From Balamuthia mandrillaris (Eukaryota), in contig JAVKOQ020000102.1 of assembly GCA_031835245.2 (NCBI GenBank), positions 1-64,000 of the forward strand: a stretch of DNA of 64,000 nucleotides, given 5' to 3'. A program made the position numbers and the translations under genes. The notes below the pieces were generated by a model. The model searched no databases. It was not told the DNA's origin and was given only the letters and a program-made list of their open reading frames with translations. Positions within the stretch are counted from its first letter, which is position 1. Every line of letters begins with the position of its first letter. This document shows positions 48,371 to 60,546 of the stretch, one piece after another.

Positions 48371-50756
48371 TTATAGTATCTTATTATGGTGTTTGTTGTT
48401 GGAAGCAGCAGAAGAAGCGGAAGAGGAAAATGGAGAAGGGATAGGAGCAAGGAACAATCCGAGAAGCAGCACGACGTGGCAGAATAGAAGACAGGCGGAA
48501 CTTGTTGGGGTGGATGGGTACACGTTCCATAAAGCTTCTATGCAACAAAACAGAATCACTCTATGATTTGTTTATTTTGTCAGTCTTGTTTTGAAGAAGA
48601 AAAAAATATGCAAAAGAAAAAGAAAAACAGAAAACAGAAAACAGAAAACGACGATTGCAGAAAGGAAGATATGAGAAGAAAGGAGTACGAACTTGAGATG
48701 GCGAGGATATTCGGCGTGATGCAGAAGGAACGGAATCGTGTGGAAGTACCAAACGTAGAACTGGTAATGCAGAGAGCGCGCGCAGACGATTCCTATAAAG
48801 TTGCCAGTGAACAGCAGCAGCACAATATCTAGATACGCGTATAACATTCTTTAAAACTTTGGAAATAAATAAAACTCAAAGCATAAACACGTACGTTCTG
48901 CATCAAGCAGCTTGGTGGTGGAGAGCATCGAAGAGTCGAATCCCTTCCACACCACACGAAGGGGTCCTCCCTCCTCTTTGCACCACTTCAAAAAGAGGAA
49001 CAGGAGAAGGACCGTCAAGTGGAGAGCCAACAAAGAAAGCGCCCACGTGCCGCCCAAAAACGTCTCCTCCTGCAAAAACTGCCAGTTGACGCTCCACACG
49101 AAGAGGAACTGACGCCCAAAGTTAAAGCTGCGCGCCAAATAGCCCCATGCATTTACTTGTAAGAAAGGCAATGCTACTAACACCTGTTTGTTGATATTTG
49201 ATATAGCGAAGCGATAAGAAATGACGGAAAAAGAAGGGACAAAAGAAAAAAGTGAAAGAAAAAAGAGAACAGAAAAAGAAGAACTTTGTCTGATATCTTT
49301 AAGAGAAAAATGAAGTAAAAAGAATTAAGATTGCAAACCTGAAGAATAAGACAGAGAAAGGCGTAGCAGAGAGCACGCAAGACACCCACCGATTTTACAA
49401 GGAGAAGAGCAAGTGGGGGAGCAAATAAAAGAATGTTCATTTTGACAGAAAGAGCCACCCTAAGAAATAGACGACCATTAGAAAAAGACGAAAGAAAGAA
49501 AGAACGAACGAACGAAAGAAAGAAAAAAAGAAACGACAAAAAAGAAAGAAAGAAAGAAAGAAACGACAAGAAAGAGGGAGACGAACGAGTAAATAATGCA
49601 ACCAATGAGCCAACGATGATGTGTGAAGAGGTAGACGGCGATATAGAGGAAGAACATAGCAAAACAGTCATTGAAGAGGCGAAGCGCAAATATGGAATGT
49701 ATCCTCTTTGACAAACACAACAGAAACAGAAGCCATGGGGGACACTATTTGTTTGTTAAAGAAATGAGAAGAAGAAGAAGAAGAAGAAGAAGAAGAAGAA
49801 GAAGAAGAAGAAGAAGAAGAAGAAGAAGAACAAGAAGAAGAACAAGAAGAAGAAGAAGAAGAACAAGAACGAGAAGTAGAAGAACATGTAGAATAAGAAT
49901 AAGAATAGAATAAGTAAAAATAGAAAAGTAAGGAGAACGAAGTTACCTTGGTGCGAATATAGATGCTCATTACAATGGCGAGACATGCCATATACAGTCC
50001 CACGAACAAATACTACAATAGATTTAACCATGTCATCAGCAACTTTGAAGAGTGTGTGCTTACTCTGCTCTCTGCTCTCTGCTCTCTGCTCTCTCTGCTT
50101 ACGTATATGCTTCCTCCCCTTTCCTCTCTCTCTCTCTCTCTATCTATCTCTCTCTCTCCCCGCTCTCCTCTGTACCTCTCTCTGCTCTCTGCTCTCTGCT
50201 CTCTGCTCTCTGCTCTCTGCTCTCTGCTCTCTGCTCTCTGCTCTCTGCTCTCTGCTCTCTGCTCTCTCTTTGCTCTCTCTTCTCTCCTCTCTCGCCGCAC
50301 TCTCAGAGCGAGAAACAAAAAAAACCCAAACCTGAGCCAAAAGGATGTTCGTTCCTTTGTTGGTGAGGAAGTACAAGACGGAATAGATCCAAACAAAGCC
50401 GGCCGGATAGACCAGCGGCCCGGTCCCTCCTTCCAGCTGAGTGTAGTCGTAGTTCCCTTCCTCCAACACTCCCGCTACTTCCTCCATGTACGCCTTCCAA
50501 TCGATTTCTGTATCTTTTTTTTTAAAAGATTTAAAAAACAATAATAAAAAGATCAGAAAAGAAAAGAAAAATATTTACAAGCGACAAATCGGACGATGAG
50601 AAGATTGAAGATGAGTTCGCCGATCCATAAAACGACCGCCACGGAGAGTGCGTAGGAAGGGTCCCATAGGAATCGCAGCAGCGCCCGCATGCCCACAACG
50701 GGCTTTGTTTTGCGCGTTCGTCTATCGTAATGGTAGTCCTCTTCTTTGCTGTTCAT
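48371..50756 (-). CDS. ALG3: Dol-P-Man:Man5GlcNAc2-PP-Dol alpha-1,3-mannosyltransferase
   Basis: [73 protein letters not shown]. Confidence 0.95.
50063..50268. repeat. (CTCTGCT)n heptamer arrays in an ALG3 intron
   Basis: Directly visible, two blocks separated by (CT)n. Confidence 0.9.
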
Positions 50757-50994
50757 CTTCGTTTCTTTTTATTGTTGTTTTTTGTCTTGCTCTAATCATG
50801 TCGTCACGAATGTAAATTTGGAAGGCAAAGCATGATGAAAATGCAAATTCTTTCATATTTCAAATACCTATCGCTCCGCAGATGCTATTCATTATTAGCA
50901 TATTTAACATTCCTGAAAGCAAATTTGACCGAAAAGTGAACGAAAATATGTAATTTTTGACGACAAAGAAAGAAATTAAAATAAACCTAAAGAG

Positions 50995-51380
50995 ATGAAG
51001 TCAAGCAGCACCGTTCGTGGTGGTGGTCTTCTTTGCCTGCGCCCGTCGACTTCCTCGGCTGTGGGGAGAGTGCCCTTCATTGGCTCTATGCCCTTCCGTT
51101 CTGCTCTTTTCGGAGGACAATGCGCTTATTCCTCCTCGCATGCGGGTCGGTCTTTTTTTTTTTTGTTTCAGAAATTGGGATTAGAACTCACCAAATCATT
51201 TGTTGCTCTTGTTGGAGTATAGGACCGGTGGTGGGTCCAGAATGGGTGAAGCAACATATGGGAAGGGTCACCCTCGTTGATGCCACTTGGAGCCTCAAGA
51301 AACCCGAGAAGCCCCATAAAGTTCAAATTCCTGGTATGCTACGTTCTTCTATTCGTTCTTTGTTCATCTTCTTGTTTTTG

Positions 51381-51412
<32 letters not shown>

Positions 51413-51946
51413 CTTGTTCTTCTTCTTGTGCTTGTGCTTGTGCTTGTGCTTGTGCTTGTGCTTGTGCTTGTGCTTGTGCTTGTGCTTGTGCTTGTGCTTG
51501 TGCTTGTGCTTGTGCTCGTGCTTGTTCTGCTTCTTCTGCTTCTTCTTCCTTCCTCAAATACAAAACATCAAAAATAGGCGCAGTATACTTTGATATCGAT
51601 GACATAGCGGATAAGACAACGCAGCTCCCTCACATGCTGCCCACTCCTGAATTCTTTGAACAAAAGATGAACCAGCTTGGCATCCATCACAACGATGACC
51701 TCCTCATCTACGACAACAGCAACGGGCAATTCGTGGCCAGCGCCAGGTTCGTCTTCTCTCCTTGTTTCCTCCTTCTCTGCTTTTATCATTCCGCCGTTTC
51801 TCTTTCTCTCTTCTTTCATATTACGACAATCTACTGACTCTTGAGTGCTTTTGTGTGATGAACAGAGTGTGGTGGACCTTCAGGGTATCCTATCCCTTTT
51901 CGTCTCCTTTCGTGTCTCTGTCTCTGTCTCTGTCTCTGTCTCTCTG

Positions 51947-51985
<39 letters not shown>

Positions 51986-52656
51986 CTCACTTCCGGTTGT
52001 CTTGTCTCGAACAAAAGGTATATGGCCACCGTGGAAAGATATCCGTATTAGAGGGCGGGTTTCAGAACTGGCCACAAGATGTTGATATCTCATCATCATC
52101 TTCTGCCTTTGTCAACCGCTCTGCTTCTTCGTCTTCTCCTTATAAAGCTGACTTTCACCCAGAGCTCGTCGTAGACTGTAACTACGTTGCAAATCTCGCT
52201 AAAACCAATATTCAACTTCATCAACAACAAACCGACAAAACAACCAAAGAGAAAGAACTCTTCATGTTAAAAGAAGCAAAAAATGAGGAAGAGAGAGCTC
52301 AAATCTTAGATGCACGTCCCAAAGGAAGGTTCGAAGGCAAAGAGCCAGAGCCCCGACCAGGCATTCCCTCTGGCCACATCCCTTATAGCATCTCCTTACC
52401 GCACACCGACCTCTTCCATCCTTCTTTCTCTGCCTCCTCCTCTTCTTTCCTGAAACTAAAGCCAAAAGAGGAGCTGGTAGAGTTGTTGGTGAAGGACAAG
52501 GGAGTGGACTTGACCAAACCGATCATAACTTCTTGCGGAAGCGGGGTGACGGCGTCGGTCTTGGCGTTGGCTTTGGAGACGTTGGGCAAGAGCGCACGCG
52601 TGTTTGATGGCTCATGGACTGAATATGCTTCTCGTAAAGACACACCGAAACAGTAA
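50995..52656 (+). CDS. MPST: 3-mercaptopyruvate/thiosulfate sulfurtransferase with probable mitochondrial presequence
   Basis: IPGAVYFDID..LPHMLP, SAR/VWW, LDARPKGRFEG..EPRPG..SGHIP, active site CGSGVTA, FDGSWTEY. Confidence 0.92.
51427..51525. repeat. (TGTGCT)n intronic hexamer repeat
   Basis: Directly visible. Confidence 0.9.
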
Positions 52657-52733
52657 AACAAACTTTCACTCTTCTTCATTTTTCTCACTCTTTTTTTAAC
52701 TGAACAAAAATAAAAAAGACAAAAAGACAAAAG

Positions 52734-53850
52734 ATGAATGAAGAAAAGCAGAGGCGCGAAGAAGACCTTGTGCTGAAGGTGGCGTTGGTGGGAGATAGCA
52801 TGTGCGGTAAAGTAGGAATGCCTGTTTCTTGTTCTATGTGTTTCGTTTTTGGCTGACCCTATGCATCCTCCCCCGGTGGGACGGGATAGACCAGCTTTAT
52901 GACTGCTTTTGTGGAGGGCAAGTGCTCGCTGGATGCGGTGGACTTTTACCATTGGGGCTTCATGGAGAAGAAGGTCAAAGTTGGCAAACAGTTTGTCACG
53001 TTTTCGCTTTGGGAGGCAGGTATTTTGAATGTTAAAGGAGGGGAGAAAGAACACGATAGAAGAAGGACGAACTCAAGAAGAGGAGGAGAAAAAGCAGAAA
53101 GAGATGAACATAAACAAGAACACCAGGAGAATAAGAGCAACAGATATAGGAAAAAGAGTAGGAAGAAGCAAGAGGTAAAGGAAAGAGCTTCAAGCCATCT
53201 CACCACTTACTTGCTTCCTCAACAAAACAAAAGCAGGAAAGCGCAACTTACAGACGACATTTCCTCTTGCGGTGCGTGATGCAGCGGTCATCCTGTTTTT
53301 CTTCGATCTTACACGCCTCGACACCCTTGCCAACATCAAGGCATGGTACCAAGAGTGCCGTCGTCACAACAAAACCGCTTATCGCGTTTTGGTGGGCGGA
53401 AAGTTTGACTTGTTCTATGAGACGAGTAAAGAAGAAGAAGCAGGAGGAGGAGGAGGAGACCATGAAAGAAAAGCAGAGGAAGCACTAACTGAAAGCAAAG
53501 CTAAAGTGCTGACTCAAGCTAGAAGGTATGCCAAAGCGATGAAATGCCCGTTGGTCTTCACCTCCGTCAACCCAAAGATAAATGTGACGACGACTATGAA
53601 AGTGGCCTTGCGGCTGGCTTGTGGTTTGAGTTTGGCGGACATCGAAACGAAAACGAATGACCATTCCCCTTTGGTGGAGTTCAACCCACCGATTGCCCGA
53701 GCGCCCAGGAGCTTGAAGGAGCAGTGTGTACGCTATGTGAGGAGAACGTGGAGCGAAGCAGGAGGAGGAGAAGCGGAAGGCCGGGAGCGGTGGGACCTTG
53801 CCATGTTACCCTTGGACCTCCAAGAGCTGTTTGTAGCAAAAAAGACCTGA
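52734..53850 (+). CDS. Divergent Tem1/Spg1-like small GTPase with C-terminal SOCS/BC-box, 3 exons
   Basis: LKVALVGDSMCGK/TSFM; PLAVRDAAVILFFFDLTRLDTLANIKAWYQECRRHNKTA..LVGGKFD (Spg1-like); PRSLKEQCVRYV...LPLDLQEL. Confidence 0.8.
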
Positions 53851-54164
53851 GGCATTGGCCGAGAAGACTAGTCTTATTTTTGGTTAGCTTTCCCCTCTTG
53901 AACGAGTCTCTGTTCTTCAAAGGACGAGGTATTCCCGGAGGAATGTCTCCATGCAAAGTGTCCACCCCTCCTAGTTTCGAAAAGCGGTGCTATCTGCTCA
54001 CAGGCTGACATGCATGCATGCATGCGAAACAAGCGCAGCTCCTTTCAAGTGACTCCAGGGAAGCCAACAGCAGCGTTTTGCGATGACCCAACAGAGGGAT
54101 GCATGCTGGACTATTGTTGGCTGTTCTCTCATTCGGTCTCCCTCCCGTGTGCCATTGAACTCTT

Positions 54165-54334
54165 CGCGTCGTCATGACATTATTTCCAGGATTTCGTGTC
54201 GTCACGTACGTTATTCTAAAAATTCGTGTCGACATGAAAGCCTGCTGTAATTCTAAAAAAAAACAATAATCTACAATGTCGTCATGAAGTGTCACATCTC
54301 TTGTCTATTTCTGCTGTTCTCTTATCTGTCGACA
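54165..54334. promoter_or_regulatory. Cluster of five GTCG(A/T)CA motifs upstream of the E2 gene
   Basis: 8-mers at 54167, 54197, 54227, 54277 and 54327. Confidence 0.55.
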
Positions 54335-54446
54335 GTAACTCCCCTACAAAAGGAAACTCCAATTTAAATTTAACAAAAAAAAAGAATTCCATTCAAAAAA
54401 AAAAAAAAGAAACAGAAAAAACGAGAAAGAAAGAAAAAGGGGGAAG

Positions 54447-55379
54447 ATGGGGTGCACGTTAGGGAAACCTCCTTGTGGCTCCAGCAACAAGCACAAACAA
54501 CAACAGGCTGCTTCCAACAAGGCAGCGGCGGCAGGGACCGATGCAGCTTGGCAAAATACCCCTCCCTCCATGGACATGGAGACTTTCCTGGCGAACAACC
54601 TTCACGGCGGAGGAGGAGGAGCCCCACAACAGCAACACCACACCTGGGCCTCTTCTGGGTTCATTACGTGGGGTGGCGGCGGTGGCGCTACGTGGAAGCT
54701 GCCCAAGGGGGAGTCGGAGGAAAGCCGCCTGCTCTGGGAGGAGCTGAACGCCATCAGAAAGGAACAGAAAAGAGTCCGTGAAGTCCTGGACAAGAACAAG
54801 TATTCGTTGGATCAACTGCTCGGAAGGGTACCTCCCTTCCCCCCCTTTTTTTTTTCTCTCTTCATCGGATTTGAGTGCTACATTTTTTTCCTCTCTTTCT
54901 TTCTGTTTTATTTTTCCATCTTTGTTTTTTTTCCATTTGTTAACGTGTCGTGTCGTTCATGTCAAACGTTTTTTTTTTCGTTCTTTCCTATTTGTTTGTT
55001 TGTTCTGCTTTCGCTTTCCCGTTCTTTCTTTCGAAATTCCTTTTTATTAAACTCTATTTTTTTTCTCCTTGCCCTTTTATCTCCTCCTTCTCCTTCTCCT
55101 CCTTCTCCTTCTCCTTCTCCTTCTCCTTCTCCTTCTCCTTCTCCTTCTCCTTCTCCTTCTCCTTCTCCTTCTCCTTCCTGTTTTGTCAACAGGGACGACT
55201 GTTGGATCGGGCGTTAGAATGCTTAGCGGACTTGTGCATTACTGATGACTCCAACGGTACCGCGACGACCAGGAACAACACAACTACACAAACTAGAGAC
55301 GATAGGGCGAGTAGCGTTGCTCAACCTTCCAAAGTTTATTACTGGGAAAAGGTAAAATAACAGACTATCGGAAAATTTT

Positions 55380-55419
<40 letters not shown>

Positions 55420-55553
55420 TATTGTTTAACGTTTTATGATGAATTTATTTAATTGTAGGGTACAGGATATGGTTATGACACGGGCTTTAACACTCCTACC
55501 ATCCACCCTCATCTTCTTGAAATTCGAAAGGTTACATTTCCCTCTGTTCTACT

Positions 55554-55589
<36 letters not shown>

Positions 55590-58286
55590 GTAGTTTTATC
55601 ATGTTCTGTCTAGTTGTCTGCAATACTTTTAGCTGATGTTCATCAAAAAAAAAATAGGATCTGATAGCAGAGTCTCTTTGCATAGTTGTTCGATTTTTGG
55701 AGGGTCCCGTCGTGGACACCATCTACGAGGAAAGCCTTAAAGAAATGAAACAACAGATTCTGAACTCTTGTATCCCATTTGTGCTGGAGAATTATCTCGC
55801 CAACGATTCATTGTTGGATATCTTCAACAACTCCATCATCTATCACAACTTGTTGCTGTTGTTGGTGTCTATCGGCAAAGTGAAGCATCTTCGTCCACTT
55901 CTGTTCTCATTTAACGGTGGCCTTTTGTATAAACTTTTTTTGGACATGGCCGCCAATGCGGATGAATATCTATCAAGGTTTGATTCTATTATGCTTCTTC
56001 CTGTTGATGTCTTCTTCCTCTTTCCTTCTTTTCTTCTTGTGATGTTCTTCTCTAATGCTATTCCTTTTTAACTTGAAATACAGAGTGTCAACATTAAAGT
56101 CTGAGAGTATTGGAGAAGAGATGAAGCAGGCTAACAAGTTAGCAGCAACTGTCAAACAAACAGCGCAGTTTTTGCAAATGCATCACGACAAGTGGTCAGA
56201 AAAACAGACGCCAAAGAAAGAACGACGGAAGCAAAAGGCTCACCAGTCAACACAAGAAGACAGAAATAGTGACGAAGAAGAAGGTATCAACGATGATGAT
56301 GATGATGAAGATGCAGACGAGAAAGTAGAGAAAGAAGAGAAAAGGAAAACGGTTGAATACGAGGCAGCAAACAAAGAACAGGTGATAAAGAATGAAAAAA
56401 GTGTTGTGGACAGGATCCATCAAAGCTTGGAAGCAATCAGCACTACACTGAAAAAGATGCATAGCGACGAGACGAACAAAACAAAAGACGGGAAGCAACT
56501 GAAACAGTCGGCGAAGAAAATGAAGGAGAAGAAGAGCTCAACCATGTCTTCTCTTCCACCCAACCTGAGCGAAGAAGATGTACGTTTCAAATCAGCGGCA
56601 TATCTCCTTGCAAAGATCCAAAGCTCCATTACGGGTGCTGTTTGGTACTCAAGCGACAGCGATTTTTGGTGGACAGAAGATGAAGAAGAAGAAGAAGATA
56701 AAGCAGAAGATGAAACAAAAGCCCAAGAAGAACAGCAGAAAGTTGGAGTGAATGATGCGAAAGAAAAAGACACAAAAAATAACAAGAACGGTGATAAAGT
56801 GGAGGAGTCGAGGGAACAAATGACAAATAGTTCAGCTTCTTCCGAGGTTGCTGCAAGCAAGGAAAAGCTTAGTAAAGGAAAGGAGAAGGTCTCTCCCGAA
56901 GAGGCGCACAAGGATATACCTATCGTCGACGATGAACACATTTCCGAAGAGATAGACGAGAAAGAAGAGGAAGAGGAAGAAGAGGAAAGTTGGGAGACTC
57001 TCAGTGACTCTTCCGAACTATCCGACGAAGAGGAGGAGGAAGAGGAAGAAGAGAAAGCAAAAGAGAAACAAGAGGATGGTGCCGAAGAAGAGCCATTGTA
57101 CAACAAAGCATTGAAGAAGCACCAGATGCAGAGCAAAGATTTGGTAGGGCTTAAGAATCATCATTACCAACAAAACATTTTGTCGGAGCGAGTGCCAGCA
57201 CCAAGCAAGATGATGCGGTTAGTCCTGGAAATGGGTTTGTTATTTCTTCCATTCTCTCCTTTTGGCTTATTTTCCGGTTTATTAACTCTGCTGTTATGAA
57301 TTACAGCGAGTCTTCGCAAGTCCCTTCCTCTTAGCGAGGGATCATCAGTATTTATTTGTACAGACAGTTCACGATTGGATGTAATGAAAGCTCTTATCAC
57401 AGGACCAGAAGGCACACGTAAGTGAATTCACGCAACGTTCTTTCATTCTTCACGTTGACGCAAACTGATCTTCTCTCGCCTTACAACAAACAGCGTATTC
57501 GGGTGGTTGTTTCGAGTTTGATATTTACTTTCCTTCCACCTATCCCAACCAACCTCCTTTGGTGAACCTGTGCACCACCGGCAACGGCAGCGTTCGATTT
57601 AATCCTAACTTGTACGTTTCTTCTTCCTTTCTTCTTTGTTTTCTTTCTTCTTTCTGCTTATGCCATCACTTTCAACCCGCTTATGCCTTTCAAACAGATA
57701 CAATTGCGGCAAAGTCTGTTTGTCTCTATTGGGCACGTGGGGAGGCGGCGAAGGGGAGAATTGGGACAACCGGACGAGCACCCTGCTGCAAGTGTTGGTC
57801 TCCATTCAGGCACTGATCTTCGTGCCGGAGCCCTACTTCAACGAACCGGGCTATGAGAGCAGCAGGGGCACCCCTTGGGGAGATTCTCAGAGTAAATATT
57901 ACACGGAGGGCATTCGTGTTGCTACCAGTAAGATTTTTTTTTTGTCTCCTTCTCTTTTCTATTTTTTGACCTTTTCTTCTCTAAATTATTTTTTGTTTAC
58001 ATAACAGTGCAATGGGCAATGACGGGGCAGCTTCGAAACAAATCATCGGTGTTTGCAGATGTTATCCGACAACATTTTACCCATCGGCGGGACTTTATCC
58101 TTGCACAATGCGAAGTTAGTATTTCAGCTCTCTTTCTTTTTCATTCCTTTCTATTACTCTATTCTTACAAAAACAACATCAAAAAAGGAATGGTTGAAGG
58201 AAGGACTCGCGACGGAAAGCCATCAATATCATCCTTTGAGAACACCTTTGTCAGATCTTCGGGCAGAGCTAGAAAAGCTATCATAG
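54447..58286 (+). CDS. Large BIRC6/UBE2O/UBE2Z-class ubiquitin-conjugating enzyme (no BIR domain seen)
   Basis: [81 protein letters not shown]-terminal MGCTLGK. Confidence 0.9.
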
Positions 58287-58379
58287 GAGTAAAACATAAC
58301 TTACATGCACTCCTTTTTCCTTTTTGCTTGGTTCTTCTTTCTCCTCCGTTTCTTTCTTTCCTTCTTCTCAAAATTTTCG

Positions 58380-58760
58380 TTGTTGTTGTTGTTGTTGTTC
58401 TTCTTCTTCTTCTTCTTCTTGTTCTTCTTCTTCTTCTTGTTCTTGTTCTTCTTGTTCTTCTTCTTCTTCTTCTTCTTCTTCTTGTTCTTCTTCTTGTTGT
58501 TCTTCTCCTCCTCCTCCTCCTCCTCCTCCTCCTCCTCCCCTCCTCCTCCTCCTCCTCCTCCTCTCCTCCTTCCTCCTCCTCCTCCTCCTCCTCCTCCTCC
58601 TCCTCCTCCTTCTTCTTCTTCTTCTTCTTCTTCTTCTTCTTCTCCTCCTCCTCCTCCTCCTCCTCCTCCTCCTCCTCCTCCTCCTCCTCCTCCCCTCCTC
58701 TCCTCCTCCTCCTCCTCCTCCTCCTCCTCCTCCTCCTCCTCCTCCTTCTCCTCCTCCGTC
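58380..58760. repeat. Compound trinucleotide tract (GTT)n/(CTT)n/(CCT)n, intergenic
   Basis: Directly visible; explains the spurious low-complexity ORFs here. Confidence 0.95.
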
Positions 58761-59105
58761 TTCTCCCTTGCTCCTTTTTTTCCTGTCTCTTTATCTTGTC
58801 GAGACGACATGAAATATCCATGTCGTCCTGATATGTAATTACTTCCAAAAGGAAAAAATGAACGAAGGGGAAAAGGGAGAAAGAAAAAGAGCAGAGAAGA
58901 AGTGCAGGAGAGATGAACGAAAACTGAAAAGCAACTGCTTTCCTGTTGTTCACCGCCTTCCATGACCTCTCACCTGGAGTTGGTTTAAGCTTAAAGACCA
59001 GGCAACGCGGTTTGCTTTGAAAAGAAAAAAAATTTCCACCTATACTATTGTAACTCAACTCTTCTTCCCATCTTGTCTCTCACAAGAAAAAACCCAGAAA
59101 ACAAA

Positions 59106-59678
59106 ATGGGAAAACAGAACAACTCCACTCCCTCTCCTCCTTCTTCTTCTCGTGCAACGGCAGAAGAAACGCTCCACCGCACGCACATGCAACAATCACG
59201 CTCCGCAACAACTCTCCCTCACTCCAAGCATTCGGCAAAGAGGATGGCGCTGAACGATCTGAAGGAGGGCACAGCGAAAGAAGCAAAAGAAACGCTCAAC
59301 AGCAAGTTGCTGCGATGGGCCAGCGTTGGCGGAATCGTTTTGGGTTGGCTGCTGTTCACCTCGACCGTACAGAAGGTGGAGTACTTCCTGATGGCTTTCC
59401 TGTTTGCTGGCATTGAATACACGTTTCGGGCATTGACCACCATGTCTGAGGAAGAAAAGAGAGCTTTGATGAAGAAGAAGGAAGAAGAAGAAGAGAAAGA
59501 GGAGGAAACGGAAGAAACGGGAGAAAAGGCAGAGAGGCCACGTGCAAAGTTGAGACGGAGCAGCAGTCGATTGTCATTGCGTCATATCACAGAGAAAGGT
59601 GCTTCTCACTTCTCTTCTCTCGCTCTCTCTCTTTTTTTCTCTTCTTTCTCTCTCTCTCTCTCTCTCTCTCTTTGTGGT

Positions 59679-59714
<36 letters not shown>

Positions 59715-60193
59715 AAACCTTTTCTTAACTCGTTTTGCAACGAAGGCGATACAACATGGGAACAATTTTGGATGAATGTGTTCTGGAATCCGATCGGCAC
59801 TCACCTCTACCGAGCGATGTTCTCCAGCGTTGTGGTTCGTCTCTTGTTGTTCCCTTTCAACGTTTGGTTGGCCGAGATCCTCGGCGGCTATTTTCTTTCG
59901 CGGTTTGTCTATCTTTCTTTATTGTTATGGTTTTTTTTAATCCCAATTGCTGTCTCTTATTTTTGTCTTATGCAAAAAAAAAAACCCACAGTATTTGGAA
60001 GAGAAGAGCATGGCATTATACAGGGCGATGGGCGTTCTTTGATGGCAACATAACGTTGGCCTATGCACCCTTTTGGTTGCTGCTGGGCCTGGGTCACGAG
60101 CTCATGATGTTCTTCTTCTACGAACCGGTGAGCATGTTCGCGGTGTCCTTCCTTTGCGCCGACCCTTTGCTGCCTTGGATTTCTCTCTGGTAG
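59106..60193 (+). CDS. Multi-pass membrane protein, TMEM229/CmpB-like, 3 exons
   Basis: Several TM helices; VWLAEILGGY..RAWHY...GNITLAYAPFW resembles the TMEM229 C-terminal motif. Confidence 0.55.
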
Positions 60194-60546
60194 ACATCAT
60201 TTTTGGTTTGCTCTTTTTGTTCTTCGAACAAAGAGAGACGATGATTTATTATGTCGACACGAAGTTTTGTATCCATGATATCATTCGTCGTGTCGACACA
60301 AGATCTTATTTGGGGTGAAATTTCGTGCCAAATTCTCCCTCTTTTTGGATAAACATGTCCATTCACGGACCCAACCAGAACAAAAAGGAAAAGATACATG
60401 TGCACCATGTTAATGTATTTATAGACAAAACCAAAAACATACCCCCAAAAAACCAAACATAAAAGACCAAACAACAAACAAACCACATAAACAAGGGGAG
60501 GGGAAAAAAAAAAAAGAAACAAACATACAAACAAACGACGCGAGGG

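Noticed and set aside
58007..59058. Several long ORFs on both strands
   Set aside because: Homopolymeric translations of stop-free trinucleotide repeats
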